Of a stretch of DNA of 64,000 nucleotides, positions 25,233 to 37,584 are shown one piece after another. The stretch is from Guillardia theta CCMP2712. Lineage: Eukaryota > Protista > Cryptophyta. The first letter of the stretch is position 1, and every line of letters starts with the position of its first letter. The stretch lies in contig NW_005434665.1 in NCBI RefSeq assembly GCF_000315625.1, forward strand, positions 1,074,463 through 1,138,462, written 5' to 3'. The translations under genes and the position numbers were made by a program. The notes beneath the pieces were generated by a model. That model did not search any database and was not told where the DNA came from. It was given only the letters and a program-made list of their open reading frames with translations.

Positions 25233-27528
25233 ATTACCCGACCATAAATGATAATGACAGATTGCTGGTAGCGAAAAGCGGCTTGCTAGCAGACCAGTAT
25301 TCCAGATCAGGAATCTGATTGACCGTAGGATGGCAGCATGTACCTAGATCAGAGCAAAGGTGAGTAATGGAAGCAAGGCAAACACTGTGTTATGTTACCA
25401 TCAAAAGCTCCAATCTTCCTGTCCATTGAAGGGTCGAAGCACGTATCTTCATCTCTTTCGGCGTCTTCGTGGGGTTTTGGAGGGTGTTCGAACAGACTTC
25501 GATACGCTGCTTCTTTCATGAACATAGGGTCTTTGTTATGAATGAAGATCGCTGCTTGCTCTTGATCGTGAAAGACAATCTTTCTCCATTGCTGTCGACA
25601 ATCCCGTTAACTCTGTTTCGAGAGAGATGGCAGTGTTGCAGGCACCTGCGGTTGGTTCTGACTGATTTTCCTCTGGTTTCGGAAGTGCGAGCTAGGATCT
25701 TGCAGTGTTTTTGTTTTCTCCATCTCCATGCGCAGCATCTCTAGCAGCTCATCTGCATTGCTGACATCGTCCTGGTTCTGGGCTGATTCCCTGATATCAT
25801 TGACGGCGTCTATCGCGCTCCTGGCCAGCCGTTCGATCCTTGAGAGGAGGAGTAAGTGGGCAATCTAGTGACCAGAAGATGCTACCTTTCCTGATCTGAC
25901 ATCTCTGTCTTCCTGGAGATGTCATCTTTCAGCTGTTTGTAAGTGAGCAACGGCATAGGAAAGCAAGAGGAAAGCAGACAGCGAGCAGCTTGTCTCGTTC
26001 TTGTGCCACTCTTGCCCTCTGAACAGCATCTATCAGTACTCGCGCGACCTGAACTTGTCCAATTCTGACTCCTGAAAGACGCAGATCAGGACAAACGGAG
26101 AAGTAATGCCGACTCACCGGAGGCAACTACTTCACGAACTCCAAACCCACCAGACTCTGCCGTGCGGACGCAGGCGATTCTGATGAATCTGCCGTGTGCC
26201 CATCGCTGCATTGACAAGGTAGGGTTCAATAAGAGCCTCAGCGATCACAACAAGGATCACAAGGCCGGCGAGGAGATGTAGGTCTGTGACGAACCTTTCG
26301 GTGTACCGCCTTCGAAACCTGTGGCTGAGGAGCTCGTCAGCCCGATAGACAAGAGTCTACAACCATTTACGCTGATGCTGCAGCATGTTCGGGAACGGCT
26401 GAAAATGGTGCTGCTACTGTCTGGAACAGCATTTTTGGGAGTTTCAATCCTGTCGTTTCAGCAGTCCCTGACATGTTGAGAGTAGAAGCCTTGGTCATGT
26501 AAACCAGATCCAACGAAGTTTCCAAAACCTGTGAAATGTCAACCTGCCACAATCCCGACAATTAGCTCACATAATCAGTGGCATAAAGAGAGGAATCCCA
26601 GAATATTGTGACCTGCGATCCATTTCAACACAAACAAGGATGACAGATGATGAATGCACGTTGTGGATTTCGAAAGGAGCACCGAGGTCCACAACCAACC
26701 ATTCATGCTGATCTGAAGAGCTTTTCCACATGGTGCAAATGTTTCCATCCAGAGCAGATCCTCCATGACGAGGCCAAACTGCGTGCCGTGGGTTGAGAAA
26801 CACACCAACATCCTTGAATCCCCACCTTCATTCAACTCTGTCGAGCTGGACGAATATGCCTTTGAGAAGGCAAGGTTGCCTGCGGCGTGTGATGGAAAGA
26901 AATGATAGTTTGCAAACGAAGGATTGCAGTAGTCCTGAAAGGTTGCAAGGGTTTACAGCAAAGTCACGTTGCACATCAAAGAACCATGTTCAACTTAGTG
27001 AAGTTCTTTTTGTCAGGATCCCCCCTGCGATCGAGCAGCTCTGAGATGGGGAAAGAGCATGTTAGTTCAACAACGATGGTGCAGGAAAGATATCACCATG
27101 ATACTTCTTGTCAGGGATGTACGGCTTCCCCCTCGTGTCTTGCAGAAACTGTTCTTGCGGGGTTTCTTTCAGCCTTTGTCGATTAGCACTCAATCTGTAA
27201 CGACCTCAGTCTTAGCAAGCATCATTTCCCGTAGCTATCAAGACGAGACATGCAGAATTATCAAAATAGACTGGTATGGTTCTTGAGGACGAGGAGCATT
27301 CTTCGGATCAAACACCTTGGCACGCACTTCTTCTCACCTTGCTCTTTCCATCTCAAGCTCTTGCCTCACCTCCGCAATCCTAGCCCTGATGCTCTTCAGT
27401 TCGCTAGCCCTGTTGTCCCCCTGCACCTTCACGCCAGGGAAGTTGGCATGCTCTGGTTGCTGCCTGCTGCACCTCACGAGCAGCATAATCGCAAGCGCCC
27501 GGATGGTCGCGGCATGAAGGCGGGACAT
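25233..27528 (-). CDS. Signal-peptide membrane protein with an F5/8 type C (discoidin/CBM32-like) domain
   Basis: N-terminal hydrophobic leader; SALDGNICTMWKSSSDQHEWLVVDLGAPFEIHN|VTIFWD is the discoidin signature; TM-like segment ALVILVVIAEALI. 3' end approximate. Confidence 0.65.
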
Positions 27529-27671
27529 CGATCCAGACAGTTAAAATAATTGTTCACCCAAACACTACTGGAAAGACCCTTTAAGTAAAAATTATGTACA
27601 AAGTGAATACAACAAGATTTAAAAAGCTTCGCAGGACCCAGCTGGCATTTCGCCTTTGACGTCAGTGGGTT

Positions 27672-29770
27672 CTAGTACGTTGGGCAGGAGTCGTCGACCG
27701 ACTTCGCCCAGCTGACGAGTCCCCCGCAAACATTCTTGACCTTCCCTTGACCCAGAGCTGAGCTGAGAGGGCGTGAGAGAAGAGCAGGAGGACAAAGACG
27801 TGAGAAGTTGAGGGAGGACAAACACGCGGGGGAAGCTGGAAAGGAGAACAAGGCTTACTCGGACACAAATATCCCCCTTTCCTTCATCTCCAACAGCTTG
27901 AAGGTCTGGCGGCTCAGATCAGAGGGGAGGAGGCAGCGGGAGTGCACTCACAGCCTGTCTCGAGAAGATTCCTCGCCGGCAGATTACATAGACCGACTCT
28001 GCATCAGAGCAGAAGTCCTCAAGTTTGGTCCCTTCCTACAGCTGGGGATCAGTTGATGCCTTGTCAGCCACCTCTCACCTTATCTAGCTCCGCCAGTGGC
28101 AAGTTGATCGCCCCATTGAGGTGCAGCATGTCGAACTGCGTCCCGCCGTCAGGTTGCCCAGATGTCTGCTAGAGCAAGGAGACCTGCGTTCTATCCCTCA
28201 CATCCAGCAAGACATGTTTGACTCCCTTCTTGCGGATGTCTTGCAAGCAAGTCAGTCATCCAGCAGCAGAGACATGGTCCGTCTCGCACCCGCGTACTCC
28301 TGACAGGTCACGGAGTTGCCTGCCGGCAGATCCTCGCCCTGTTTTGAGTTTGCGGGGCAGTAGCCTGGCCCAGGTGCATTCACAGCTGGAAGAATCACTC
28401 AGAAGAAGCCCAGCAGCGAGCAGCTCCCACCAATCACTGCAGTCAGCTCCGGGTCGTCGCCGCAGATCGCACAGCTGGAGTTCCGAGGTCTCAGGCGAAC
28501 GTTGCGGAAGGAGCACCTGCAGTAGCAAGGAGACAGTCACTGCCTTGATGTATCCTTGTTCCAGCGTACGTGAGCGCCGAGTACAAGAGCATCCGGCCCG
28601 CCATGACCTCCTCTGCTGACTTCCCGATGGCAATTTTGATCGCTTCAAGGGCCTGAGAGAACCTTGTCATTTCGCAGCTTCATATTCCTCCTCCATGCCT
28701 GTAAAGTTCCAATCACCCCAGGGACCGGCCCCATGACTCCCCCATCCGAGCAGTCTGTCACCGTCTCTGGAGGAGGGGGGTTGGGGAATATGCACCGATA
28801 GCAAGGCCCCCCCTGTATGGTGTCAGTCGGGGCTGTGAGATAGCGAGAGTGCCTTGAAGTTGTAGACAGTCAGTTGCCCTTCGAGCCTCAAAGCGCTTCC
28901 AGACACAAGAGGCTTCTTTGCCAGCACGCAAGCGTCATTGACCATGTATCTGCTCCTCATTGTCACGATCGTCGCACTCTCAAACTTGGTTATCACCTTG
29001 TCGCAACGTTGTCGCTGGCATCCAACACAACATCGTACGACTGAGTGAGTTCATCAGGAGCGAGCACATGGGCGCTAGACACTCGCTCTACCTTGACGAG
29101 CTCCAGCGCGTTATCGACGCTCATGAATTGTTTGTAGACTTCGACTTGCAGTTTACTTCGTTCCGCGCCAGGACACCATTCAGATCGGCATGGCTGGGAG
29201 ACGAGCACTACCTGTTTATCGCCTTGCAAGCGATGGCACCTGACTCTGCCTTGTTCACTCCAGTTCGTGCCTCAGTATGCATGACCTTCATCGCACGCAG
29301 CATCGTCAGCATGTCAACCACGTTCATGTCGCCTTGCCGACCCTCTCACCTGACGATGCAGATTACTCGTCTCAACGTTGTCCCCATCCACCAACCCCAG
29401 ACGAGATATTCCCGCTCCTACCATGATGGACTGAGTCTTCGAAGCAGACTTCTTCCTCAGTCTCTTCACAACCTGCCAGGTACAGGGCGGCGGGAGACCC
29501 CAGTCCTCCGCAACCCACAACAAGGACAGCGCACTTCTCCAGTCTTTCTTGGCCCTCGACACCAACCTGGATGAGAGAATGAGGCAGAGGAAGCAGGAGG
29601 CAAGAATGTCGCGCCACCACCTCGGGAACGAGCATCTGCCTGCTGTACCTCTCTGTCTCCTCCTTCCCCAGCCTGCACGTATGCTCCGACATGGTTTCTT
29701 CGCCCCCTGTTACCCTCATCCCCCCCCCCCAATCCGCTGGGACTGGCTGGGAGCTGGGTGGGTGATCCAT
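27672..29770 (-). CDS. MOCS3: Adenylyltransferase/sulfurtransferase MOCS3/Uba4 (ThiF-MoeB plus rhodanese)
   Basis: [64 protein letters not shown], rhodanese VICRRG, and C-terminal [17 protein letters not shown] (stop 27672-27674). Confidence 0.93.
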
Positions 29771-30288
29771 GCGACCCAGGAGGGGTACTTTTACCGTGAT
29801 TTGTTCTTTCAGTGCCATACAAACGGTATCGTGAGTGGGGGTAGGGTACTTTGATGTATGGGGTGGGGTGGGCGTAAAAACAATGCGACGGGAGAGGGAA
29901 TATATGGCGGGCGAGGAGGAGGGAGGGAAGGAGAGGAGGAAGAGGAGACTGAATGGCTGTCGACAGCGAATATTGATAGATGTCATGATTGTTCTGGTCT
30001 AGGTTTCTCAAGTGTTTTTTGTATGCGTGTGTGGCGAAATATGCTTGAATCCTTTGAATCGATTTGTACAAACTCCTTTGTAGAACGAAAGCACATCTAT
30101 AGAGATCAAGCTTTCATGCATTTTACCTATTTTTGTACGTAATTTTCTTGTATTTGTGATGTTGATAAGATGTCTGTCTGTCGACAAGGTCTCAGATCAG
30201 ATCGTTTGTTGATCTGGCAAAGATACATTTCAAGTTCATCTTTAACACATTATTGCACACTCGTTCTAGCAGGCTGACCCATCTTTAG

Positions 30289-30929
30289 ATGACGAAGACA
30301 TCAATCTTTCTGGTTGTTCTTGCAGTTGCGGCAATTATGCCCGACAACATGTTTGTAAATGGTGCCATCCCACCAATCAAGCAAGACTCCTTCAAAGAGT
30401 TCCACATCGTCAAGAACGTGGACGATTCTCAAGAAGTGACTCTGGATTCCCACACTTGTCAGTTCACCTACAGGTGAGTTCTTCTCTTGCTCTACTTGTC
30501 ACATCCTCCTCTCTTCCCACTTGCTTCGCCATGGCGCTTTCTTCTAAACACCTCCTCAGGGCGATGAACTCCGCCCATGGCGAGCTTTGGAGGATCGAGA
30601 TGCAGCACGATCACGGACAGTACACTTGCATCATAGAGGATCAAGACAAGAACCCTCCTCACGCCTCCTTCCTCGGATTCTCCGCTCATCTGGTCGGAGC
30701 GAAAGACAACACCTTGTTGATGCACGAAGTTTGGAACCACCAGGTACTGAAGCAACTCTTCCGAGCGCGCGACGATTGTCGCTGATGTGTGCATTGTCTT
30801 GCCTGATTTCTCTGCGATCAGGGAGTCTTGCTGGAGTCTGACGGATACATCGAGGAGGGCAACTCGGTTCGGAGTGATTCCCACTGGAACTTGGGTGGGT
30901 TGAGCCGCATCGTGATCAAGGGGCGGTGA
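30289..30929 (+). CDS. MYDGF/UPF0556-like secretory protein
   Basis: Signal peptide; HTCQFTY|...ELWRIEM...YTCII...FLGFSAHLVG...LSRIVI parallels MYDGF (YTCMFTY...EQWQM...FTCTI...FTQFKAEVRG...LSKLVI); 3 exons. Confidence 0.7.
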
Positions 30930-31205
30930 TTGGAGGAAGCTGAGGAGGACAATGGGGTCATGTAGGATGGTGTGATGAAGAGAGGGAGGGAGGGAGGGAG
31001 GGAAGGGAAGGAGGAGGAGGAGGAGGAGGAGGAGGAGGAGACATGAACATAATGTACAATGATCATACCACCGTGCATACCCCTACCCCCAAGTCCTTGT
31101 CATTATCATATCACACCGGTACTTTGATATGGATATCGATGGGTCCATTTACTACCCTACCCATGAGAATGTGGTCCACCCTTTGCCCGATGATGCAGTG
31201 AAGGC

Positions 31206-32023
31206 ATGAAGCTAGGGGTAACGCTCCTCCTCCTCCTCCTCCTCGCCATCCTCCTCCCGGCCAGTAGATGCGGCTCTCCCTACAGGATCCTCCTCGACCT
31301 GGTGGAGGATCTTGACAGAGACGGAAGTTTCGTGGAGATAGGGAGCGATAGAGGAGAGGGCAGCACGGCGTTCTTGTGGAGCCTGTCGTCTCAACTGGGG
31401 TCAGACTTCTTCTCTGTGGACTTTTCTCAGGAGGGATACGAGAACGCAAGACGTGTGTGCAGCGAGTGTGCTCATCGTGAGCTCGGAGAGCAGTTTCTCA
31501 AAGAAAATTTCCCCAACCTCTCCAACTTCGGGCGAGTTTCCTTTGCCTACCTGGACAACTACGATTGGATCTGGGCAGGAGAGCACCCGGACAGCTACAA
31601 GCATGTGTATCCTACCATGATCTCCGATCATGATCTCAGCCAGTACAAGTTCAAGATGAGGAAGGAGTACGAGCAGCAGGGGCTGACGCTTAACAACCAG
31701 AAGTCCCAGGAAGCGCATCTGGAGCAAGCCAAGGTCGTCGATAGGTGCACCAGAGTCCCCTTGGGACGAGGAGCACTCACATTGTTCTCCTCTCAGACTC
31801 TGCACTGATCGTTGCATCATCCTCTTCGACGACACTTTCCAGATCGGTCAGCCATGGGGGCTGCCGCCTCGTGAGTCGGACTGACTTTTCCGACGGCAGG
31901 AGGAGGTCGATACAGCGGTAAAGGAGGAGCCGCGCTCCGCTACTTGTTAGAAGGCAATCGTTTCGAGGTGAACCCGTCCTGCATCTTCATCCTCATCCTC
32001 ATCCTCGTCCTCGTCCTCTTGCC

Positions 32024-32054
<31 letters not shown>

Positions 32055-33046
32055 GCTCCTCCCTCCTCCTCTCACTAGTTCGTCGGCACAGGTCATCATG
32101 CAGTCCAGCCCGAGCGCTCCTTCCTACGATGGCTTCGTCATGGTACGCAAGCTCGCAGTCTCGGACGAAGGCGGCCCAGAGCCTCGCCCTCAGTCGGAGG
32201 CGGACGCGAACGGCAGCTCTGCCCGTGATAGCGTCCCGCAGCTACAGCTGTTGTCACCAGGAGACAGGTCAGGGGTCAGCTGCTGTGCAGCACAGGTTGT
32301 GGTGGAGATGACTGGAGCGGTTCAAGACTGGCACACACTGGTCTTGCCCTGCTGTGTTGGAATCAACACTGACCGAGCAGTGGGCAGGTGGTTTACGTGG
32401 ACTACCTAGAGACGTTCAGGAAGATAGACTGGAGTGAGGAGCAGATGCGAGGGACGGGAGAAAAGGTGAGAACGAGTCGTTGATGCCGCCTCTAGTAGCA
32501 GTGAGAGCTTGCTCAGGTCAAGTTCGAGGTGTTCTACGATGAGCGGAAGCATAAGGTGCAGGAAGAGGAGGAGGAGGAGGAGGAGGAGGAGGAGGAGGAG
32601 GAGGAGGAGGAGGAGGAGGAGGAGGATGGTTTTGTGATCGAGTGACGTTTTGATCCTCAGGACAAACCGGTCACAGTTAGCTTTCACATCGTCATGCCCT
32701 GCGCAGAGGTATGACTGGAGCTCCCCTCCAGAATACCCTCTCATCCTACCTCTTGTTTTCTCCTTCTTGTGCTCTCCTCTACCTCTTCCTCCTCGTCCTC
32801 CTCTCCTTGTTCCCTTCTCTACATCTTCCTCGTCCTTCGCTTTCATCGACATCATAACTTTTCATCACTCGAGCCTTATATTCATCATCTTCTAAAACCT
32901 TCTCTTCCTCTTCTTCCCTTCTCCCTCACGAAGAGTTCCCTCTTTAGCATCTTGTTTCCCCCCACTGATTTGTCTCACAGTCTTCTGTTGACTGCTTGGA
33001 TCTTCAAGTTATCAGCAACTCGACTTTTCAATTCAACTTCCAGTAA
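31206..33046 (+). CDS. Signal-peptide-bearing class I SAM-dependent methyltransferase-like protein
   Basis: Motif I FVEIGSDRGEGST, motif II FFSVD, FAYLDNYD, IILFDDT, YSGKGGAA; further exons run to ...FQFNFQ* (33044-33046; 3' exons tentative). Confidence 0.65.
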
Positions 33047-33112
33047 ACCAATCCTCCTCCTCCTCCTCCTCCTCCTCCTCCTCTTCTCAACTTTTCCTCG
33101 TTTTCTTTTTTA

Positions 33113-36100
33113 TTACATTGCGATACGAAGCTTCGCTAGCCACTGCAAGTAAGAATCGTTGTCCATGGGAACGAACTGCGACTTAGTCAGGAAGTGGGAG
33201 AAATCTTGAGAAGAGCGGGGGAGGAGAAGGGAAAGGGACAAGGCAGGAGAAGAATGAAGATAAAAGTGGGAGGAGACGGGAAGAGTGAAGAACGGGATGG
33301 AGGCAGAGAAGAGGAGGAGTGGAGGGTGTGTGGGGAGGGGAGGAGGAAGAGAGAGAGGCGGGAGGGTTCTCCTTCACCTTTTTCTGCAGGAGACCCTTGA
33401 CGGCTTCTGTCAGGGTGCCAACGACGCCTGCGAGCAGCGATGAGGCAAAAAGGGAGAAGGAGCAAGGAAGAAGACGGAGGTGGCAGGGGAGGGGGGAGGG
33501 AGAGAGTAGCGTTTTAGGCCAGGGAGAATAGGGAAGAGGGAGGAGAGNNNNNNNNNNNNNNNNNNNNNNNNNNNNNNNNNNNNNNNNNNNNNNNNNNNNN
33601 NNNNNNNNNNNNNNNNNNNNNNNNNNNNNNNNNNNNNNNNNNNNNNNGAGGAGGAGGAGAAGGAGGTTGGTAGTGGAGATAAAATCATATTCATCTCAAC
33701 CTTGATGTTTGACAGCAACGTCTGTCTCACAGGCTCGAACTCAACACCAGACACCTGACGACCAGTGAGAAAATCGAGTAAAACAAAGAGCGAAAGTCAG
33801 GCACCTGAGATCCACTCCATACAAACACTTGAGTGTGATGATCCATAAAGACAATCTGTACAGGCTGTAAGCAAGGTAGATACAATAGCGGGTAGAGACA
33901 GGCCATGCGGGAGAGAGGGAATGAGACAAAGAGGATAGGATGATGTTGTTGATGAGGAAGAAGGAAAACAAGAAGACGGAATCTTGAGAGGTTAGGAGGA
34001 GGAGGAGGAGGAGGAGGAGGAGGAGGAGGAGGATATCCATCTATATTTTACCCGGTCAGGCAGAAGCGAGGTGTCCTCAACCGGCAATTCCTCGAACTGC
34101 AAGACATTCTACCACCTCGTCACTTCATCTCTTGAGCACCGTCGCAGCAAGATAACCTGCTCGTTGAGGGTGCACGAGAAGAGCTGGGGGGAGAGGATGC
34201 GGAGAGACTGAGGGAGCTATCAGCATGTTGAGTTGTGAAAGAAAAGACTCACGTCCTCGAGGTTCGACTTCAAGAAGATTCTTCTCAACACGTTCTGATA
34301 GCAGGCTCCCAGTCAGTGACGAGCTGAAGGAGGAGGGAGAAAAAGTCGGGAGGGAAGGTGGGGAGAGATATATAGCGCTGTAGTGAGTGAGAACAGAGAG
34401 AGGAAAGAGAGGAGAAGAGGGGAGATATGTATGTATGTATGTATGCAGGGAGGGAGGGAGGGAGGGAGGGAGGGAGGGAGGGAGGGAGGAGGTAGCCGGG
34501 CAAGAAATGCTCTAACCGCATCATCCTCACTGTTGAGAATGGATCCGAGGAGAGGGCCGTTCTGCGCGAAGAAGAGGTACTTAGGAAGGCCCTGGAGCTG
34601 AGCGGGGAACGTGGACATTCTGCCTCCTATTGTGACCTTCACCTGGTCGCTCCAAGTCTGAGCGATGGTCTGGACCCTCTGATTCAGTTGAGCCTTGACA
34701 TCCTCGAGAGAGGAGGAACCGTCCTTGACCTCAGCCACGGCCTCCTTGGCGAGCACAACAGCAGAGGCGGCGACGTCGACGGCATGGAGGAGGTTGGCGG
34801 TGTTGTCGGTGACTGGGATCCTCATGGTGCTCGTCCGCAAGACTCTCTCATCGTTGTGGGTTGAGTGGGCAGTGACGACTTGGAAGTAGATGTACTGGTC
34901 GTGAACGTCCTCCTTGAGCGAGTAGATGACGGTGTAAGAGCTCCTGCCCTCCACGCTCGGGCTGATGGCGAGGTTGGGCAAGTCTTCAGCCATCTCCTCC
35001 TCCTGTCTGGTCGCAGGGTCGATGAGGGGCCCGATGATCCTCAGCACCTCCACACAAGCGCTCGCATGGATGTCAACAACTCCTGATGTCCGCCCTCCCG
35101 TCCTGTACATCCCGTTCACGAGGTCACTCTCGAACGCTTCCCCGAAGTGGAGGTGGTTCACAACTTCTCCCCCGCACGTCATCGTCATTGCCTGCAGCTT
35201 CTGCACCCCGATGCTCAGCATGGACACAACCAGAACGTCGGTAGAGATCCCCAGCAGCCTCGTCCTGTGCCCGACCTTTCCAAAGTACTCCGTCGCCTGC
35301 TGCTCGCTCGGGCTCATCCCTGCTGCCTCCGTGCTTGCCTCCACCTCAAAGTCTTCGCTGCCAGGGCCGATGGTCGGAGGGCCTCCTAGCACAAGCGAGA
35401 CGTGTCCCTTCCCTCCTTGAGGAGAGATGCCATCGTCGGCGTTGGCATGGAAGGAGTTTCCATGCAAGGAGGCAACAATGGCGACGGCAGCTTCGACGGC
35501 AGGGCCAACACAGCGAGAACGAGCTCTGACCCTCTTGCCGTCGCGTACAGGAGTCTTCAAGGACCTGATGATCGAAGAGATGGTGTTGAAACAAGCATGC
35601 AGGGGAGCAGCAAAGACAGCCCCAGTGTTCCCCAACATGTTGAGGTCATACTGGGAGGGGGAGCGGGTCCCAGGAAGGATGAATGCTGTTGCGCACTCTT
35701 GCTTCGACAGGTCGTACACCTTGACGACGGCATCGAAGGTGATAAAGCCGATCTCCTCGTTCTTGTCCAGCACGCTCAAAGCTTTCAGCAGCGAGTCCTG
35801 CAGCTCGTCGAGGTCCTTTTGCCGCATTGCAGTATCGATCACGAGCATGGTGACTTTCCTCTTGACCTGCGTGGAGATCGAGCCAACGGTTGGCTCCACG
35901 TACTCAATCACGGCGTCTCTGAGCTCCCGGCAAGACTCGATCGCGTCTCTTCCCTTCCTGCTCGGCAAGGTGAGTCATCACAACGCAGCAGCACGCAGAA
36001 GCTCACAGATCCTCCGACTTGTTGATCGCCCCGCAGAAGTTGCATGCCCATCGACCCGTGTTGGACTCCACAGCGATGTAGAGGTTCCTGACTGCCCCGC

Positions 36101-36499
36101 ACGACTGGCAACGTTCAGCTGCCTTGCGAAGCCACCGATTGCTGTCGTCGGGGGCAGCAAAGGGGGAGACGATAAAGCCAAAGGGCAGGCCTCCCTTGGT
36201 CAGGCTGGACCTCGTAGGGACGGCTCCTGCTCTAAGTTCAGGAGGACGAAGCAGGGAGCTGTAAGTTCGTCACCGCATGTGTTCCTCCAATGCTCGTCAA
36301 CTGTGTTTCCAAGAATCTCCTTGGGCGGTTCGGGCGCCTGCTCCATGCTTTGAGAGGGGGCCAGAATGGTGGGCGAGTACTCACCACGCGTCCTGCATGC
36401 TCTTGCGACTTCAATGGAGTGGAGGCCGCTGGCTGCGCTTGGGCTGTTGGCTCGACTACTGGGAGCATCGACCTGAAGCAAGAAGGGAATCAATGACAA
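33113..36499 (-). CDS. Sec23/Sec24-family COPII protein (divergent Sec23-like)
   Basis: Zinc finger RCQSCGAVRNLY...GRWACNFCG, trunk vWA (LVIDT..., IGFITFD, GGPPTIGPG), beta-sandwich, gelsolin-like MDHHTQVFVWSG, C-terminal DNDSYLQWLAKLRIAM*. Spans an N gap; start uncertain. Confidence 0.8.
33548..33647. other. Assembly gap (100 N)
   Basis: Run of n. Confidence 1.
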
Positions 36500-36811
36500 T
36501 CAGTGTTACTTCTTGTATCAATGACGACCGTAATCTTCAAGTAGATCTGACGGCTACATCGAGCGTCTACTACTAACTCGCGCTCACAAACACCATGCTG
36601 ACTATATAAGACCTAGATGCTAACGCCACTCCCTTGACTTAGGGGATGCCCTGTACTTGGTTGACTGTCTCGCAGGCTGGTACTCTCTTCCTCGCCCCAT
36701 CCCTCCTCTCTCTTGATTCTGCTTCCTTCTCTCTTTGTTCCTCTTTCTCCTCCCTCCCTCCCTCCTCTCCTCCTGCATGCTTATCTGACTATCTGTCTGT
36801 CTGTCTGTCTA

Positions 36812-36845
<34 letters not shown>

Positions 36846-37584
36846 TTCACCTTTCCCACTCCCCGCTCTCGTTTTCTGCATTGCTGGCGTCATACTAACC
36901 ACCCGGATAACGTCTTGTAACCGTGTATAACGGTTTCTCACATTCGAATACCACCCCACTGTGACCAGTGGGTAGGGTTGAAGAATTCAGAGGGGGTACA
37001 GGTTCTGAATATTGCTTATTGGCGGGACGAAAGGGGGGGTGTATAATAGTAAATATGAGGGTAGGGGTCAAGAAGAAAACTAATAAGGGTGGGGGTCATG
37101 GTTTGTTTCCCGCGCCTTCCATGCAGATTTTCAAAGCGTTGGGGTTGAGATGCGCAGAGGAGGATGAGACTAAACGTGAGAAATGAAAGATGAGTTGCAA
37201 CAACATGAAAGAAGATGGTGATGGTGAAAGTGAGAATATTTTGTGAGAAATGCTCGAGGAAGATCACATCATATGAAGAATTTGTTTAGGGATGAAGTGG
37301 ATCATTAATATGAAAGTGCTGCACTGAAGTATGAAGAAAGCATTTCACCTTTGCTTGAACGTACACAAGAATAGCCCTAGAGCAAGAACATTATGACCAC
37401 AATATTGGATTGGATGTGTCAAGATATGCGTCAAAAGCTTGTTCACTGTTGACGCATACCAAGCGCCTGACCCAGGCCATAGCATTATTCCAGTGTAAAA
37501 CATTGAACATCAGCAAGATTATAAAACAACATTGCTGAACACTCCGCAGATCTTCAGCAAAGGCATCTTTCATATTCGCCTGTC

